Origin: Lytechinus pictus
Lineage: Eukaryota
Length of the DNA stretch: 64,000 nt
NCBI RefSeq assembly: GCF_037042905.1
Contig: NC_087261.1
Coordinates: forward strand, 8,246,001 to 8,310,000
Direction of reading: 5' to 3'
Each line of letters opens with the position of its first letter. Within the stretch, counting starts at the first letter, position 1. Below the pieces are notes generated by a model. The model was not told the origin of the DNA and searched no databases. It worked only from the letters and a program-made list of their open reading frames with translations. Shown here piece after piece: positions 49,921-62,731 of the stretch. The translations under genes and the position numbers were made by a program.

Positions 49921-52164
49921 CTTGGAAGTCTATATACCCCTGTAAGTGAGAGAGAGAGAGAAAAGTTATTCATTGCCGTATCGCCACCCCCCTCCCCGGC
50001 GGCCCGGCCCCATCAAAATATCTTTGTACCACTTTAATGAAAGTCCCGCCTATGAAGAGCAAAAGAAGAAAAAAAGGGATTCTTGGTATTATTGCAGGCG
50101 ACGTTTTACTCTTTTTTTTTTTGGGGGGGGGGGACTCGGGGGGCTTAAGAAAATATAGACGTTGGTTTATTCATTACCGTGAAAATGGTCTATCTTTGGT
50201 AGCCCTATGCTGACCAAGCAGCTTGTTTCCCCCCTATAAAAAAAACTATATTAGTATTATGCGAGGGAGCGACCTATAGCCACCCCAAAAATCATTTTGC
50301 TTGCTTGTCAAATTTTCTTTGGCATAAATCACCATTAATTGGAAGTGGATACCCTTTAATTTAATTTCATTTTTTCGGGGGGTGGGGGTGGGTGGGGGGT
50401 GGGGCATGTTAGTATTTTCCTGTACAAAAATACTTTCCCCCCCCCCTGATTTGGAGCAATTTATTTTGCACTCCCAAATATATTTTCATCTGCAACACCG
50501 TTACTGAAGGGGACAGTCATTATGCATATAGGCTGCAAAAGAACAAGTGACGATGGCTCATGCTCTGTATATTCGTCCCGGATCGACCACACAAGAGTCA
50601 TGACAATATAGAATATTGTAGAGAATAGAGTCAAGTCATTCCACATGTTGCATTCATAGTGGGGCGGGGGCAGGGGGCGATCGCCAAGAAAATATTAGGG
50701 ACGTGGCAAACATAGGCCTATTGATTTGCCCTGCCCATCAAGTTTTACAAATTAAAATTTTGTAATATCCAATGCTAGAATGTGTTTGAAAAATCATCTA
50801 AAAGCGGCATAGAACCAGGCATCAAACTTGACAATAATGATAAAAATACTATTAAACATACAAAATTGTATTTTTCTTTCGGTGTGCTGTACGTGCAATA
50901 TTCTGTATTATAATGTCGCGCAGAGCGCACCGAAAATTTTGGTCAATGTTTTTACCCCTAGCCCCATTCAAAACATGGATCGACACCCCTGAATCTACTA
51001 AAGCTAAAAGTGTTTTAAATAACTTTAGCCTGGTAAGGGAGTAGAAAGTGTCAGTGCTATCTTCTTTAAAAAAAAACTTCCCAAAGAATGACACAAATTC
51101 GGAGCGCTTTTGACAAAACAAAGACAGGTTTAGAGTTAATACTTCAATTTTACGGCATTAGTGATATGGGTGAAGTATAATTTATCTAATGAAAAAAGTT
51201 GCAAGGCAATCTACTAGTCAGGATATCACTGACTTCATATATATTCCTAGCATTAGGGCCTATACTTCTAGCATTGATTAATATTTTGCTGCATTTAGAT
51301 GTTATTTATGTGAGGGAGTGTGAGGCGACCAAGCGAGAAATTTTTCATATTAATTTTTGAAAAATTATAGAAAAAGCTATGATTTGATAGAGAACTCGAC
51401 GACATGAATGGAACACTGCATTATTCAATACAATCATCATACTAGTACGCATATAGGGCCTTGGTATAGGCCCTTTATATCTATATTTTTTCTTTGGGTC
51501 GATTTTTTTTGTTGGGGGGGGGGGGGCTCGAGCGATTTTTAAATTAATTAATTATTATTATTATTAATTTTTTTTGGGGGGAGGGGCTTTAGTCCCCAAA
51601 GCCCCCTCCTAGAACCGCGCCTACTTTGCTCATTAATGAAAGACGATTGAAAAGTTTGATCACATCAATGTCCCTTGTTTGCAAGCACAGAGGATATCAC
51701 CCCCCCCCCCGGGTGAAATTGGGTGGGGGCTTGGGGCCATGCAGGGACCCCCAAAAAAAATCAAGACCAAGAAAAAAAGGAGAAATTAAGAAGAACAGAG
51801 AAAAGGGTGACGTATGGTACATTATCCTCTGCATGCTATGCCAAAATCTATCCAAACAATAGGTCTATATTTAAATAATAAAAAGGTAATTTTTTGCTCG
51901 CTCACGAAATTTTGCCCAAGTACGCCATGCCGGACCCTCAAAATGTTTGACTCACCACGCCACTGAACCTCCTCATATCTATTCATTCATGTTGCCTTAT
52001 ATGATTTGAACCATGGCCCTCTGATTAAAAGGCGATAGTCATAATGAAAGTGGAAAATAAATGAGTTGAACTGAATTACTTTTACTTGATCAAAATGGAA
52101 TTGACTTGATAATAATTATATTCGGACCCCGCCCCGTAAATGATACTACCGATCTTGTCGTTGG

Positions 52165-52571
52165 AAATGACCGAGTTCAGTATCTCGCATAGTTCATTGT
52201 CTAATGGCAGATAATTTGAGGCGCCGCGACGCGACCAGCTGGAAAAGAGTGACGGTATTTTCATCTTTGTCCTTGTCGTTGCATTTTAACCAGGCTTAAG
52301 TTCATTTTACAAACTGAATCTCAGGAGACCATAGATGAGCTGAAAGTTTAATCGGAGGACAATTAGAATTTAGTGCTATAGAGATGGATTGGGGAGTTGA
52401 GTGAACGTGTGTCTGCAGCAGGAGTCAGCAGAGCCAGAACAGAGGAAGAGCGCATTTGGAGTGCCAGATAAGCCGGGAGGAGCGGCATAGCTAGTTCGAG
52501 TCTACTGACTGAGCTGAGCAGAGCCTCACGCCTGACTCAACTGCTGAACAATCAATTTCGAATTGGTGAGT
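52165..52571 (+). promoter_or_regulatory. Candidate promoter and non-coding first exon
   Basis: GC box CCCCGCCCC near 52167, CpG cluster near 52219-52236, G/A-rich leader ending in a strong donor G|GTGAGT at 52565/52566; downstream DNA is intron-like. Confidence 0.45.
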
Positions 52572-53047
52572 GAGATGATGAAAACGAGCAAACATGTTTT
52601 CGCCGACCCGAAACCAAGCCAATATTCCTTATTGAACAATCAATTATATTTGTAACCAATTATGTTTGTCTTGTTTGATGAGATGATCATGATGTTTTAA
52701 CCCCAATGCCCAAATCAGTGAATCAGCATGATTAGATTCATTTTTATTTTTAGAATGACAAATTGTGAATGTTATTTGAATTCTAATTACAGAGCTGTGC
52801 GGCAATGCCAAAGCCAAATAATACGTAGCCAAAACTTAAAAAGGACCGATCTGTGGATATGGGTGAGCAGTGATTGTTGGGGGGGGGGGGGGGGAGTGCT
52901 GAGTGTGAAGCAAGATGAACTTGGTTCATGAACTTAGTGGAATTTCTGTGATTTTTGCTCTGTTTTGCAGAGTGCGTGTTGCATTTGATGGATTGTAGAT
53001 CTATGTGGGTCTAGACTCTTCATGCTGTTGTTACCCTCACATGGAAG

Positions 53048-53350
53048 AGCCTAAGTTGTGTTTAGTGTTTCTGACTTTGGCCTTGCAAGTTGTACATGTA
53101 TGCAATCATCAGAGAGTCCTGTGTTTGAATCCCACGACAGCCAAGGGTCGTTTGGCAAGGCGTTGGTCCAAACATGCCATACTCAACCCAGGTGCTAAAC
53201 GGGTACCCAGTAGCTTGTCCAGTATTTGTGCGCCTCAATGGGAACTGGCTTGGATGCTCCCTAGGGAGTGGACAATGTGCAAAATGAAGGTTTGACTGAT
53301 AGAATCTGATTACAGGTTTAATGATAAATCTGCAAGTGCTTTATAGATTA
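53048..53350 (+). mobile_element. Degenerate CORE-type tRNA SINE
   Basis: gtttgaatccc B box; actcaacccaggtgctaaacgggtaccc core. Confidence 0.65.
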
Positions 53351-53640
53351 TAAAGCGGTTGAAGATAATTAAACCAGATTTTTATTGGAGTACCGTGTAT
53401 CTGCTTGTTGATCTACAATACTATCGTCTCAACAAATGTGGACAAAGACAAAATTGAAAGGAAGAAATCTCAAACCCACTGTCTTGTTCGAAGTGATGGC
53501 AGTGGAGGGGGGGGGTCCAGTTCTTATACAAATCGTGGTCAACCAATAAAATATAGTGGAACCATCTGAGTGATGTTAATCAACTCGCCATCAACGAACA
53601 GGTTGTGCATTGAAAGACTTTACCTACATAATTACAGTAC

Positions 53641-53795
53641 GACTAGATGTTGTGGCTACTCATGGGGGTAGAGCTCTACAATTTTGAAGCACAGCTTCAA
53701 GATTCAAACCCTGGTCACAACCATTGGATGGTGATGTTAAAGGTCGGTCCCAGAAGTAAATGAAATATGTACGTCTGTGAAAACTGCACACACAC
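53641..53795 (+). mobile_element. Degenerate second copy of the 7SL-headed SINE-like element
   Basis: Shares ccctggtcac...ggatggtga(c/t)gttaaaggtcggtcccaga...acgtct...aaaact...acacaca with 3999-4170; head partly deleted but shows GCTACTC. Confidence 0.7.
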
Positions 53796-54799
53796 CCCTT
53801 CTAATCATCCTTGTGCCTAGTCTGCAGGCACAGACCCTGCTGGAAACTTTGATAACAAGTGGCTCTTCACAGAAGACCAGTTTTAGCACATGTGATTAGA
53901 GAGGGCTTTCAGTACACACGCCATTGTATGCTGCGTATTCAGACCCTTTATTATTACTCGAGTGAGGGGTTTGCAACTTAACAAAGCAGACTAACAGTAG
54001 ATCCCTCATCCCATACAGATCCAGATCCAGAAAATAAGTACCGGTACAAGTTAACTTGTGCAACAGAAATTGTTAGAGTCCCCATTTTCAGTGATACAGA
54101 AAACATAAAAAAATTATTGGATTATGGAAGAACAGAGGATTCACATATTATATGAATGGAAAACACATTTTTTCCAGGCCAGAAAATTTTAATTTGATAA
54201 TAAAAGTGGTCATCATGAAAATCAAAGAGAATTCCAATGTACTTTAAAACTATGCATAATATGACTTTCCATGGAACCTGTTTTGCAGATTTTAACATGC
54301 ATGTGTGTATTATGTCAAGTATTATCTGCAGCATGGATTTGTAAACCTGCACAAATGATAAAATGTGGATGCTTTAACACCAAGTGACAAAGAATAAACA
54401 GGTTTGGGTCTATTCTTTGTAAGTTTGATTGTGTAATCACTTTATAGTCCATAATACCCCTTTTGCTCTAATGAAGCTGAACTTTGGAGTGAGTGGCATG
54501 TACCTTCATAAATTCAAGACCCTAAAAATGGAATGTTTTCCCAAGTCACTCAAAGACCTTCCTAATATTTTAACAGAAAATTATGCACGTACAACAGAAT
54601 ACCGGTAATGATATTTTAATAATTGCCCATACCGCCCTTGAAATTAAAGATATTCAAGTACCCCCAATTCAGCGATCATCCAAATGAAAATAACAAATTT
54701 ACATTTTGGAGGAAATTCACATTCCATATGAATACCCTGATTTGAACCCCCCCCCCCCAAGGAATTATCTCATTCATTTAATCTTAACTCATAACTCAT

Positions 54800-55213
54800 T
54801 TAATTATTTGATTTGTGATGTCATATTCCTACATATAAATGTACATATCGAATGGTAAAATATCAATGAAATGTAATTTTCTCAGAAGATTGAAAATGAG
54901 TTTACTCTACATTCATTACTATGTATCAATAGACTGAATAGACAAATCATTTTACACCAGTTCCAAAAAAGAAATTAAAAAAAAAGTCACCATGAACCAT
55001 TAAAAAATTGAAATTTACATTTTATACCTGTATTAGGCCTTTATAACATATATGGGGCAGCTGCTCGTTGATGACGTCACAAATCCAAAACTTAAAATTC
55101 TAATAACTTCTTTAATTTTTAATGGACTTTCCTCAAACCTTCACCAATATTTTTTTATTATTCTTTCAGCTATTTTTTTAGCAAACTATTCTTCAGGGTG
55201 AACTTCCCCTTTT
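54800..55213. mobile_element. Partial Kolobok/T2-type MITE family B
   Basis: Colinear with about 7655-8047, ends in cagggtgaacttcccct. Confidence 0.8.
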
Positions 55214-57044
55214 TTTAATGATGGGGTTTTTATTAATTTGTTTTTTTGTCGCCCTTGTTTTGTGTGAATTCTTCCTTCTCTGCATTTAGGCTCATGTGCT
55301 TTTCCAATATTTTGACCCAGTTGGGCGTTCTGAACAATATGCTCTTCAATATGGGGCATGATGTACTGCAACTTGTATGATAGGCCTTTCATGTAGATTT
55401 ATGCAAGGATCCCCCAGAGTGAAGTACATGTACATTTCAGCCCTTGGCTTTCATTCAGTGTTAATTTACAGTGTACTGTACAGTAGTACATACTAGAAAC
55501 ATTTCAGAAGTCTGAAGGGATACATTTCCTTCCCTCTTTTAACACCTGAATTCCAGTATTGTAGGCCTATTTCTATTTGATTTTCCTGTCAAGCTGTGCC
55601 CTGCTTTGAGTGCAAATCCCTGTCACTTGGTCGTGTGTATAAAGTATTGAAGCAGAACCTGCTTTGGGGTGAAGCTATTGTTATGGTGTGGAGGTGCATC
55701 TACATGTATTGTTGCTTCAGGCCTTTGTCCAAATAGTCAGCAAAAAATATGTGATCATTGTATACTTTAGCTAAACAGGTAGAATTAATAAAAGAGAACT
55801 TTGATTCCAATTTTGGTCTTATTTACCATCAGCAATGGAACAAACTCGCAAATATTCTATGCATAGATTAATAAAGAAAAAAAAGTCTTAATACCAATAT
55901 AAGAAATTCTGATTTGGCTTTGTGGCCATTGGTAGTTTTCATGCACCTACATGTACATTTGGCTGTTGGCATTTTGCTCAACGTAATATACAAATTTGCT
56001 ATGCTACTAGATCATGACAACTTTACATTCTTTTGATTGGCTGAGAAGCACTGTTGAATACTTTTTAACTGTTGGATAAACCAAAACTTGTCAGATAAAA
56101 TGCCTACTAACAAACAAGTCCTTTCCTGAAACTCATGGGAGTGATGGTGTGGACATTTTTTGCACCTCCCAGTTCCCACTTGACATTTCATGTTTACAGG
56201 TATTTACATACATGTACATGTATGATGTGTTTTAATGATTTGCATGTTGTTGTTTTTTTGTAGAGGGGAAGGGGGGGGGGGGGGGAGTAGAGGATCGTGG
56301 CAGATTCCGTAATATTTTTAATGTTTATATCAGTAGGGGTACTTTATCTGCATGTACATGTCATTGAGGAACTCTCTATGGTATCCTTAAATTCCCCTTT
56401 CACTCTTGCCACATGATATCAATCTAGAATTGATCTTTAAACTTGTGCTAGCTTAAAGCCCTTTTGTTTTTATACTGTACTAGGTACATTGACCTTGGAG
56501 TATTGGGGACCACTCACCAGTTGATCAATACACTGTGTCAACATACAATGCACTAATAATTGCTATTGATTTTAAAGGGAGACGGACAGAAGTCGTAGGA
56601 CAGACATCCTTACCTAAGGACAAAGACTACACAGACAGAGAGCAGGCTTGTTCTAAAAAGGCACTCTGGCAGGTAAGCTTTATGTACAGTTAATTGTTTC
56701 TGTGCTGCATATTATGTGCTTCCTTCTACATGAATGTACTGTAGGTACCAATTTTCTACCCCTGGGTAGAGGGTTACAAATTGAGATGATTAATGCCTTG
56801 TCAAAGGACGTGAGTAGACAGTGGGTTATGAACCCACTCCTCATTGTCTAGATTAAAAGTCTGGAGACAACAACTTGCAATCACATTTCTTGTTTTTCCA
56901 AGCACTTATTAGTCTTAGCTGCAGACTTCAAGATGTTGATCATTCTCCCTATGAATACATTTGTGTGATCTGGTTGAATTCATGGTACTCTGGCAACAAG
57001 ATTATTTTCCAGTGGAAATGAGAAGTGTTGATCAAGTACTCACC

Positions 57045-58334
57045 CAGGGCGCGACAAAACCGCTTGCCCGCTTGCCCGGGGCAAGTGAAAATGACGTGCG
57101 GGCAAGCATTTCTCAAACTCAATTGCCTGATCGGGCAAGTGGTTGTTTTGGAAATAAAATATCAGTAGACCTTCTAAATTTCAATATCATTTGGATAATC
57201 ACAACTACATGTATCTCTCAAATTATGTCAAACCAGTAAAAAAAACAGTGGAAACTGATATAAATACAGCGCCAATTACCAATAATTTATCGCCAGGTAC
57301 CTCGTTCGCAAAACCGTGCCATGGCATCTTTAATACGTTCTATGTGTGCAATGACTGCGCATGCGCTACTTGAGCAATTTGCAAAAAAACACACCAAAAG
57401 TGGCTAAAATTTCACATTTTGCAAACATCCATGAAATGGCCATCTATTTTCCATATTACCTTGAAAATGTTTTGATAGTTGGAAACTACTGAAAAAATGA
57501 AGAATATTCAGCTCTTTCTTGACTCTGATTTATGATGATGTACTCGGTAAATGCTTTTTATTATTGTGGTCCCACATGTAGACTTTCATGTTGACCAAGT
57601 GTAAAACGATCAAACGATACGATCAATGCTGCAACACCATGAAAAAAAACCCATGAAAGTCTACATGTGGGACTACAATATAAAAAAATATTGACCGAGT
57701 GTAACATCATAAAATGATGAAGAAAAGACAATGGAGAGGTGAATATTCTTAATTTTCTTGATAGTTTCCAACTAATTTTTAAAAAATTCCAGGAAATATG
57801 GAAAATAAATGACCATTTCATGGATTTAAAGATGCAAAATGTGAAATTTTAGTCACTCCACTTTTGATTTTTTTTACATCATAAAACAATCTTTTTCAGA
57901 GTCAGTAAAGAGCTGAATATTTTCCACTGGCTTTCTTTATAGTTTCCAACTAAATCAAAACAATTCTAAGGAAATATGGCAAACAGATAACCATTTCATA
58001 GATTTAAAGATGTAAAATATGAAATTTTAGCAACTTTTGGTGAAGGTTTTTTTAACCTTAAATTAAGCCCCATTATAAATAGCGAAAAAACTCAAAATAA
58101 ACGTAATGACTCAGGCCTACGTTGCTGAAAATAAACTTTTAAATGTGTGTTCTTTTATACTGTACATGATTCTCAATCGTTGCTATTTTGTATGACCTTT
58201 AAAAATAAGAGTAGTACCGTCAATAAAAAAAAACAAAACAAATAGGGCAAGAAGTTTTCTCTATCGGGCAAGCAAATTTTTTCATCACTTGCCCGACAGG
58301 GCAAGTGACAGAATTATTTTTTTGTAGAGGCCTG
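57045..58334. mobile_element. hAT5-like element (5-bp TSD) with a nested insertion
   Basis: CAGGGC...GGCCTG termini; subterminal CTTGCCCG/GGGCAAG repeats at both ends; TCACC duplicated at 57040-57044 and 58335-58339. Confidence 0.7.
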
Positions 58335-59121
58335 TCACCTATTTTGCATCATACATTAAAACAAGCCTCACTTTTTAATCTATCTGTACATCATTAACCA
58401 AAATAAAACTATTTCTCAGAAAGAGTATTCACACCAAACAGTAGTGAAACAATTTCATGAAAAGGAGGGGTTGTTGAGGGGGCTCAGAAAGCTGCTCCAT
58501 TTTGTTCGGCGAATCCTTTTTGGTAACAAAACTTTAACACACTTGTTGACAAGAACTGATGTTTTAATTGAACTATGAAAAATTTGACAGGCAAAAGCAA
58601 ATTATGTAAAAGGGTTTTGAAACAAATGATGATGTCATTATCTTCCAGAAATCTTGTCACAAAGACACCCAAGTAGTGGGGGGCCCTGAGTGCCTTCTCC
58701 TGTGCACTCACTAAATATACAGGGGTGGGCACTTACATGTAGGGCCCCGTCCCATGGATCCCTGGTGCTACAGAACCAAAACCACACATACAGTACAGTG
58801 ACACTACAGTAGCAATTACAACGCATGGTATTCTGATAATTAAACCTAGGTTTTACCCTATTCTAAACTAGAATTTTAAACACTTCTATGGAATGCTGGG
58901 CTTTGTAATATTTCTTCCATATTCACAGCAATTATTATGTATTGATCAATTAATTATGAAAATGATAGTAATTTTTGTATTTTCATATTCTTCCCATTTT
59001 ATGACTCGAAATAATGATTTGACAACATTTTGCAACAGGTTAAAAATGATTTTTAATTGATAATTGAGTTGACAACTGGCACTTCATAAAGGTTTGGTCT
59101 GCATGTAAGTTAACCTACATG

Positions 59122-59270
59122 TAGTCTGCTGGGCAAACCCTTCACTCGAGTTTAGGGTCTGAATGTGCAGCCTACTCATGCCTTGTGTACTGAAGGCAGC
59201 AAGTTTAGTCTTTGCATGGAGGCACACTTGTTGATCAAAGTTCCAATCAGGGTCTGAGACTGCAGACTAA
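59122..59270. mobile_element. TAGTCTG...CAGACTA short repeat family (Academ-like termini); others at 6224-6416 and 53818-53993
   Basis: Terminal inverted TAGTCTGC/GCAGACTA and shared agacc/aaccct motifs; no TSD seen. Confidence 0.45.
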
Positions 59271-60065
59271 GTTAACCCAGGTTTAACTATCAGAATACCA
59301 CCCAGTAGGTTTTAAAAAGCCAGACAGCCACTTTTAAAGTCTTTTTATAGATTATGAATTTCTTTAGAAGTTGTTATGAATCACACTTGTGGTAACATAC
59401 ATGTACAGTATGTACCAGAAAGAATCACATCTAAAAATGCAAACTGTTCAGAGAGAGACAAAAAAATAGAAAACCTGTTGTATGAGTTGTTTTTTCATGA
59501 TTTTACACATCGATACACTTAATATGCCTACATGTACCTGTATACGCTTCATGTCATTTCATCAATTCCAGCTTGATGAGAAATGACAGGTCGCATACAT
59601 ACATGTACATTACAAAGCTAAAATAGTGTGACAAAGTGTCACATAATTCCTGGTAAAATGCCAATTTTATCACGCACCTGTCTGGTTATTATAAAATGTC
59701 ATGGATATTGGAGAATATTGATTTATTGAAAGTTCATATTATTTCAAGCACTTGTGATTTCTACAAGTGGGTTTGTTCATATTTCTGTAGCTGTAATACA
59801 CTGTATGCAAAACACATTCAAAGTTGGAGAGAAAGTATTACATGTACATGTATAATGAGAATAATAGCTGCTTTTTTCAGCGGATACTAAGTGCAGATGC
59901 TGGGGTTTATTTTATAATTCTGTAAATGTGGGGGCCCTGTTAATAAAGACTTTCATACAGCTATGTTTAATAACTTTCCATTAGGCCTAATGTAATGCAA
60001 TGGAAACTTTGTGATTGGCTGAAAAGCACTGTTACCATGGTAGTGTTATACATAGTTGTAACCCT

Positions 60066-60686
60066 TTAAAGGTCAAGTCCACCTCAGAAAAATGTTGATT
60101 TGAGTCAATAGAGAAAAATCAGACACGCAAAATGCTGAAAATTTCATCGAAATCGGATGTAAAATAAGAAAGTTATGACATTTATATTTTTGTTTATTTT
60201 TAACAAAATAGTTATATGCACAATTTAGTCACATGCAAATGAGAAAATCGAATATGTCCCTCATTCACTATTTCTTTTGTTTGTTATTGTTTGAATAATA
60301 AAATATATTTTTTTACAGATTTTACAATAAGGACCAACTTGACTTTAATATAAAGGTCCTTAAAATGTTAAACAATGGTAATTCAGATTGTTCAGGTCAA
60401 ATTAAAACTTTGTTTCACAGGACAGTGAGGAGAAAACTAGAATATTTCATATTTGATATAATAAAATACAAAATAAATAGTGAGTGAATGATGCCATCAG
60501 TTCCCTCATTTGCATAGCGACTGGGATGTGCATATACATGTATTATTTGTGAAATTAAAGTGAAACTTTATTGTCATAACTTTCTTATTTTACATCCGAT
60601 TTCGATGAAATTTTCAGTGCTGTGCTTGTTGGATTTTTCTCTTTTTATTCAAATCAACTTTTTGTTGGGGTGGACTTGTCCTTTAA
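60066..60686 (+). mobile_element. Kolobok/T2-type MITE family A
   Basis: TTAA flanks and the same TIRs and arms. Confidence 0.88.
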
Positions 60687-61406
60687 GAAATGGGCTGCAT
60701 GGTGACGGTTATACCTGGTTATAGGAAAGGAACCTTTTTAAAATCTACATGTATGACATTCCTATTTATAATGAAATTAATGTGAAAAAAAATATTAAAC
60801 TTAAGTTTTAAAAAGTACCAAGTGAAGGTTTTTGAATTTTCAATAGAATCTGACAAAACTTAATATAGAATTTTCAACTTTTGCATTGTTTTTTTGTAAA
60901 CAGATATACATGTACATGTATATAGTCATATGATATCTATACTTTTCTTTTTGTATTATCAAATCTCTTTTCAGTTTATTGAAAATGAAATACGGAATAA
61001 CATTAAAAAAATCATCTTGAAATTGCTATTAATAAAAGGGATGGAGTATAGAGGATTACATAAAGAGCTGCGGAACTCTACATATACATGCTGCAAGTAA
61101 ATGTAATCATGCAATGATGTTTTAAGAGGAAATTACTGAAATTTTTGATTTCATATTATCACAAGCTTCACAATATGTAGAATTAAAAAGTGATTAGTTT
61201 TCCCTAGATAGCATACAGCATTAACTTTATAAAGCATTGGTATTTTTGGAGGCTTACATGTATGACTGGAGACTGCAGTCATTGTTATCGCAGCAATTAA
61301 GTTTTATCTTGGGTGATTCGGACCTCCATGTAAAGGTTTTCAATTATGATTACAGCATGTACATGTAGCTGTGAGAGAAGAAATATCTTTATATCCTGAA
61401 TAAAGT

Positions 61407-61998
61407 TTAAAGGAGAATGAAACTCTTGGAGCAAGTTAGCTTTTGTGAAAGCAGAAAAATCAAAGAATAAGATCAACAAAAGTTTGAGTAAAATAGGACT
61501 AGCAATAGAAGAGTTATGAGCATTTGAATGTCGAGATCACTAATGCTATGGAGATCCTCCCATTGGCAACGCAACTGAGATCTATGATATCACAGATGAA
61601 CAACTCTCCCCTTTTGGACACTGAAAATATACCCCAAAACATCTCTTTTTGCTCTTTCTAATCATACGACAAACGATTCATCAATGATATAATGTTGTGA
61701 AACCTCTGTACTTGTCCTCTCATAAAGAGAACACCTCACCTTGTGATAGATTCTATAAAAGTGAGAATATAAGTGAAATAAGTACTAAAGCAATGAGGGA
61801 GTTGTACGTGTGTGACGTCACAGATCTTGGTCGCATTGCCAATGGGAGGATCTACATGGCATTAGTGATCTCAATATTCAAATGCTCATAACTTTCTTAT
61901 TATTCATTCAATCTTCCTCAAACTTTCAACAATATGTTTCTTTGATTTTTCTCTTTGATATGGATTCAGCTGGTTTCAAGGGTTTCATTCTCCTTTAA
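61407..61998 (+). mobile_element. Kolobok/T2-type MITE family C
   Basis: Perfect TTAA TSD; very similar to 32093-32689, so a young family. Confidence 0.9.
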
Positions 61999-62010
61999 AC
62001 AATCCCTTTA

Positions 62011-62731
62011 ATACCCCTTTCAGATTGCGCTTTTCACCGGCAAACTTCACCGGCGAAGTTTGCCAGCGAAGGGGAAAGTGTCCAGTATGAAAGGTACACA
62101 GGAGAACTTCACCGGTGAAGTATGTCGGCGAACTTCTCCACCTCTAGAGGTGGAGAACTTCGCCGGCGAAACTGTTTTACCGGCGAAGTTCACCAGTGAA
62201 AAGGCCAGTATGAAAGCAAACCGGAGAACTTCTCCTCTTTAATGACGTCAGAGGTCAATTTTTTTCTCTCCCGAAGTCCCCTGTACCGAGATTCCGCGCG
62301 CGATAGTTGCAAGCTCAGCTGAATGCTATGGCCAAGTAGATACCCTCAAACATATTTTTTTTTATACTTACAATATTTATTCAAAAGCACTTTTTACATA
62401 CTATAAAATGCGCTAAAATATAAAAACAAAGTGATATTGTTTGTTTTTCTCATAATACTTCCAAAATATGTTGTAATTAATTTTTCTATACCTTTTTGTA
62501 ATAGGTAAGAAGTAATGTTTACAATTTTCTTTCGTTTGTTCTGCACGTGCCGAGCACTGACTAAATCAAGGGAATACTGACACTGTTTACTAGATCTAGC
62601 CGTCATCTTGACAACTTTACTAACAAGTTAGATCTACACAATTAAAGGAAATAAATAATCGTGGTGCTGCGGAAATGCCGAATGAGGCCAATCGCCGGTG
62701 AAAAATGAAGAGGGCAGTATGAAAGGGGTAT
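62011..62731. mobile_element. Non-autonomous TIR element, Harbinger-like
   Basis: ATACCCCTTTCA...TGAAAGGGGTAT in a TTA/TAA context; many TTCACCGGCGAA-type subterminal repeats. Confidence 0.75.
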
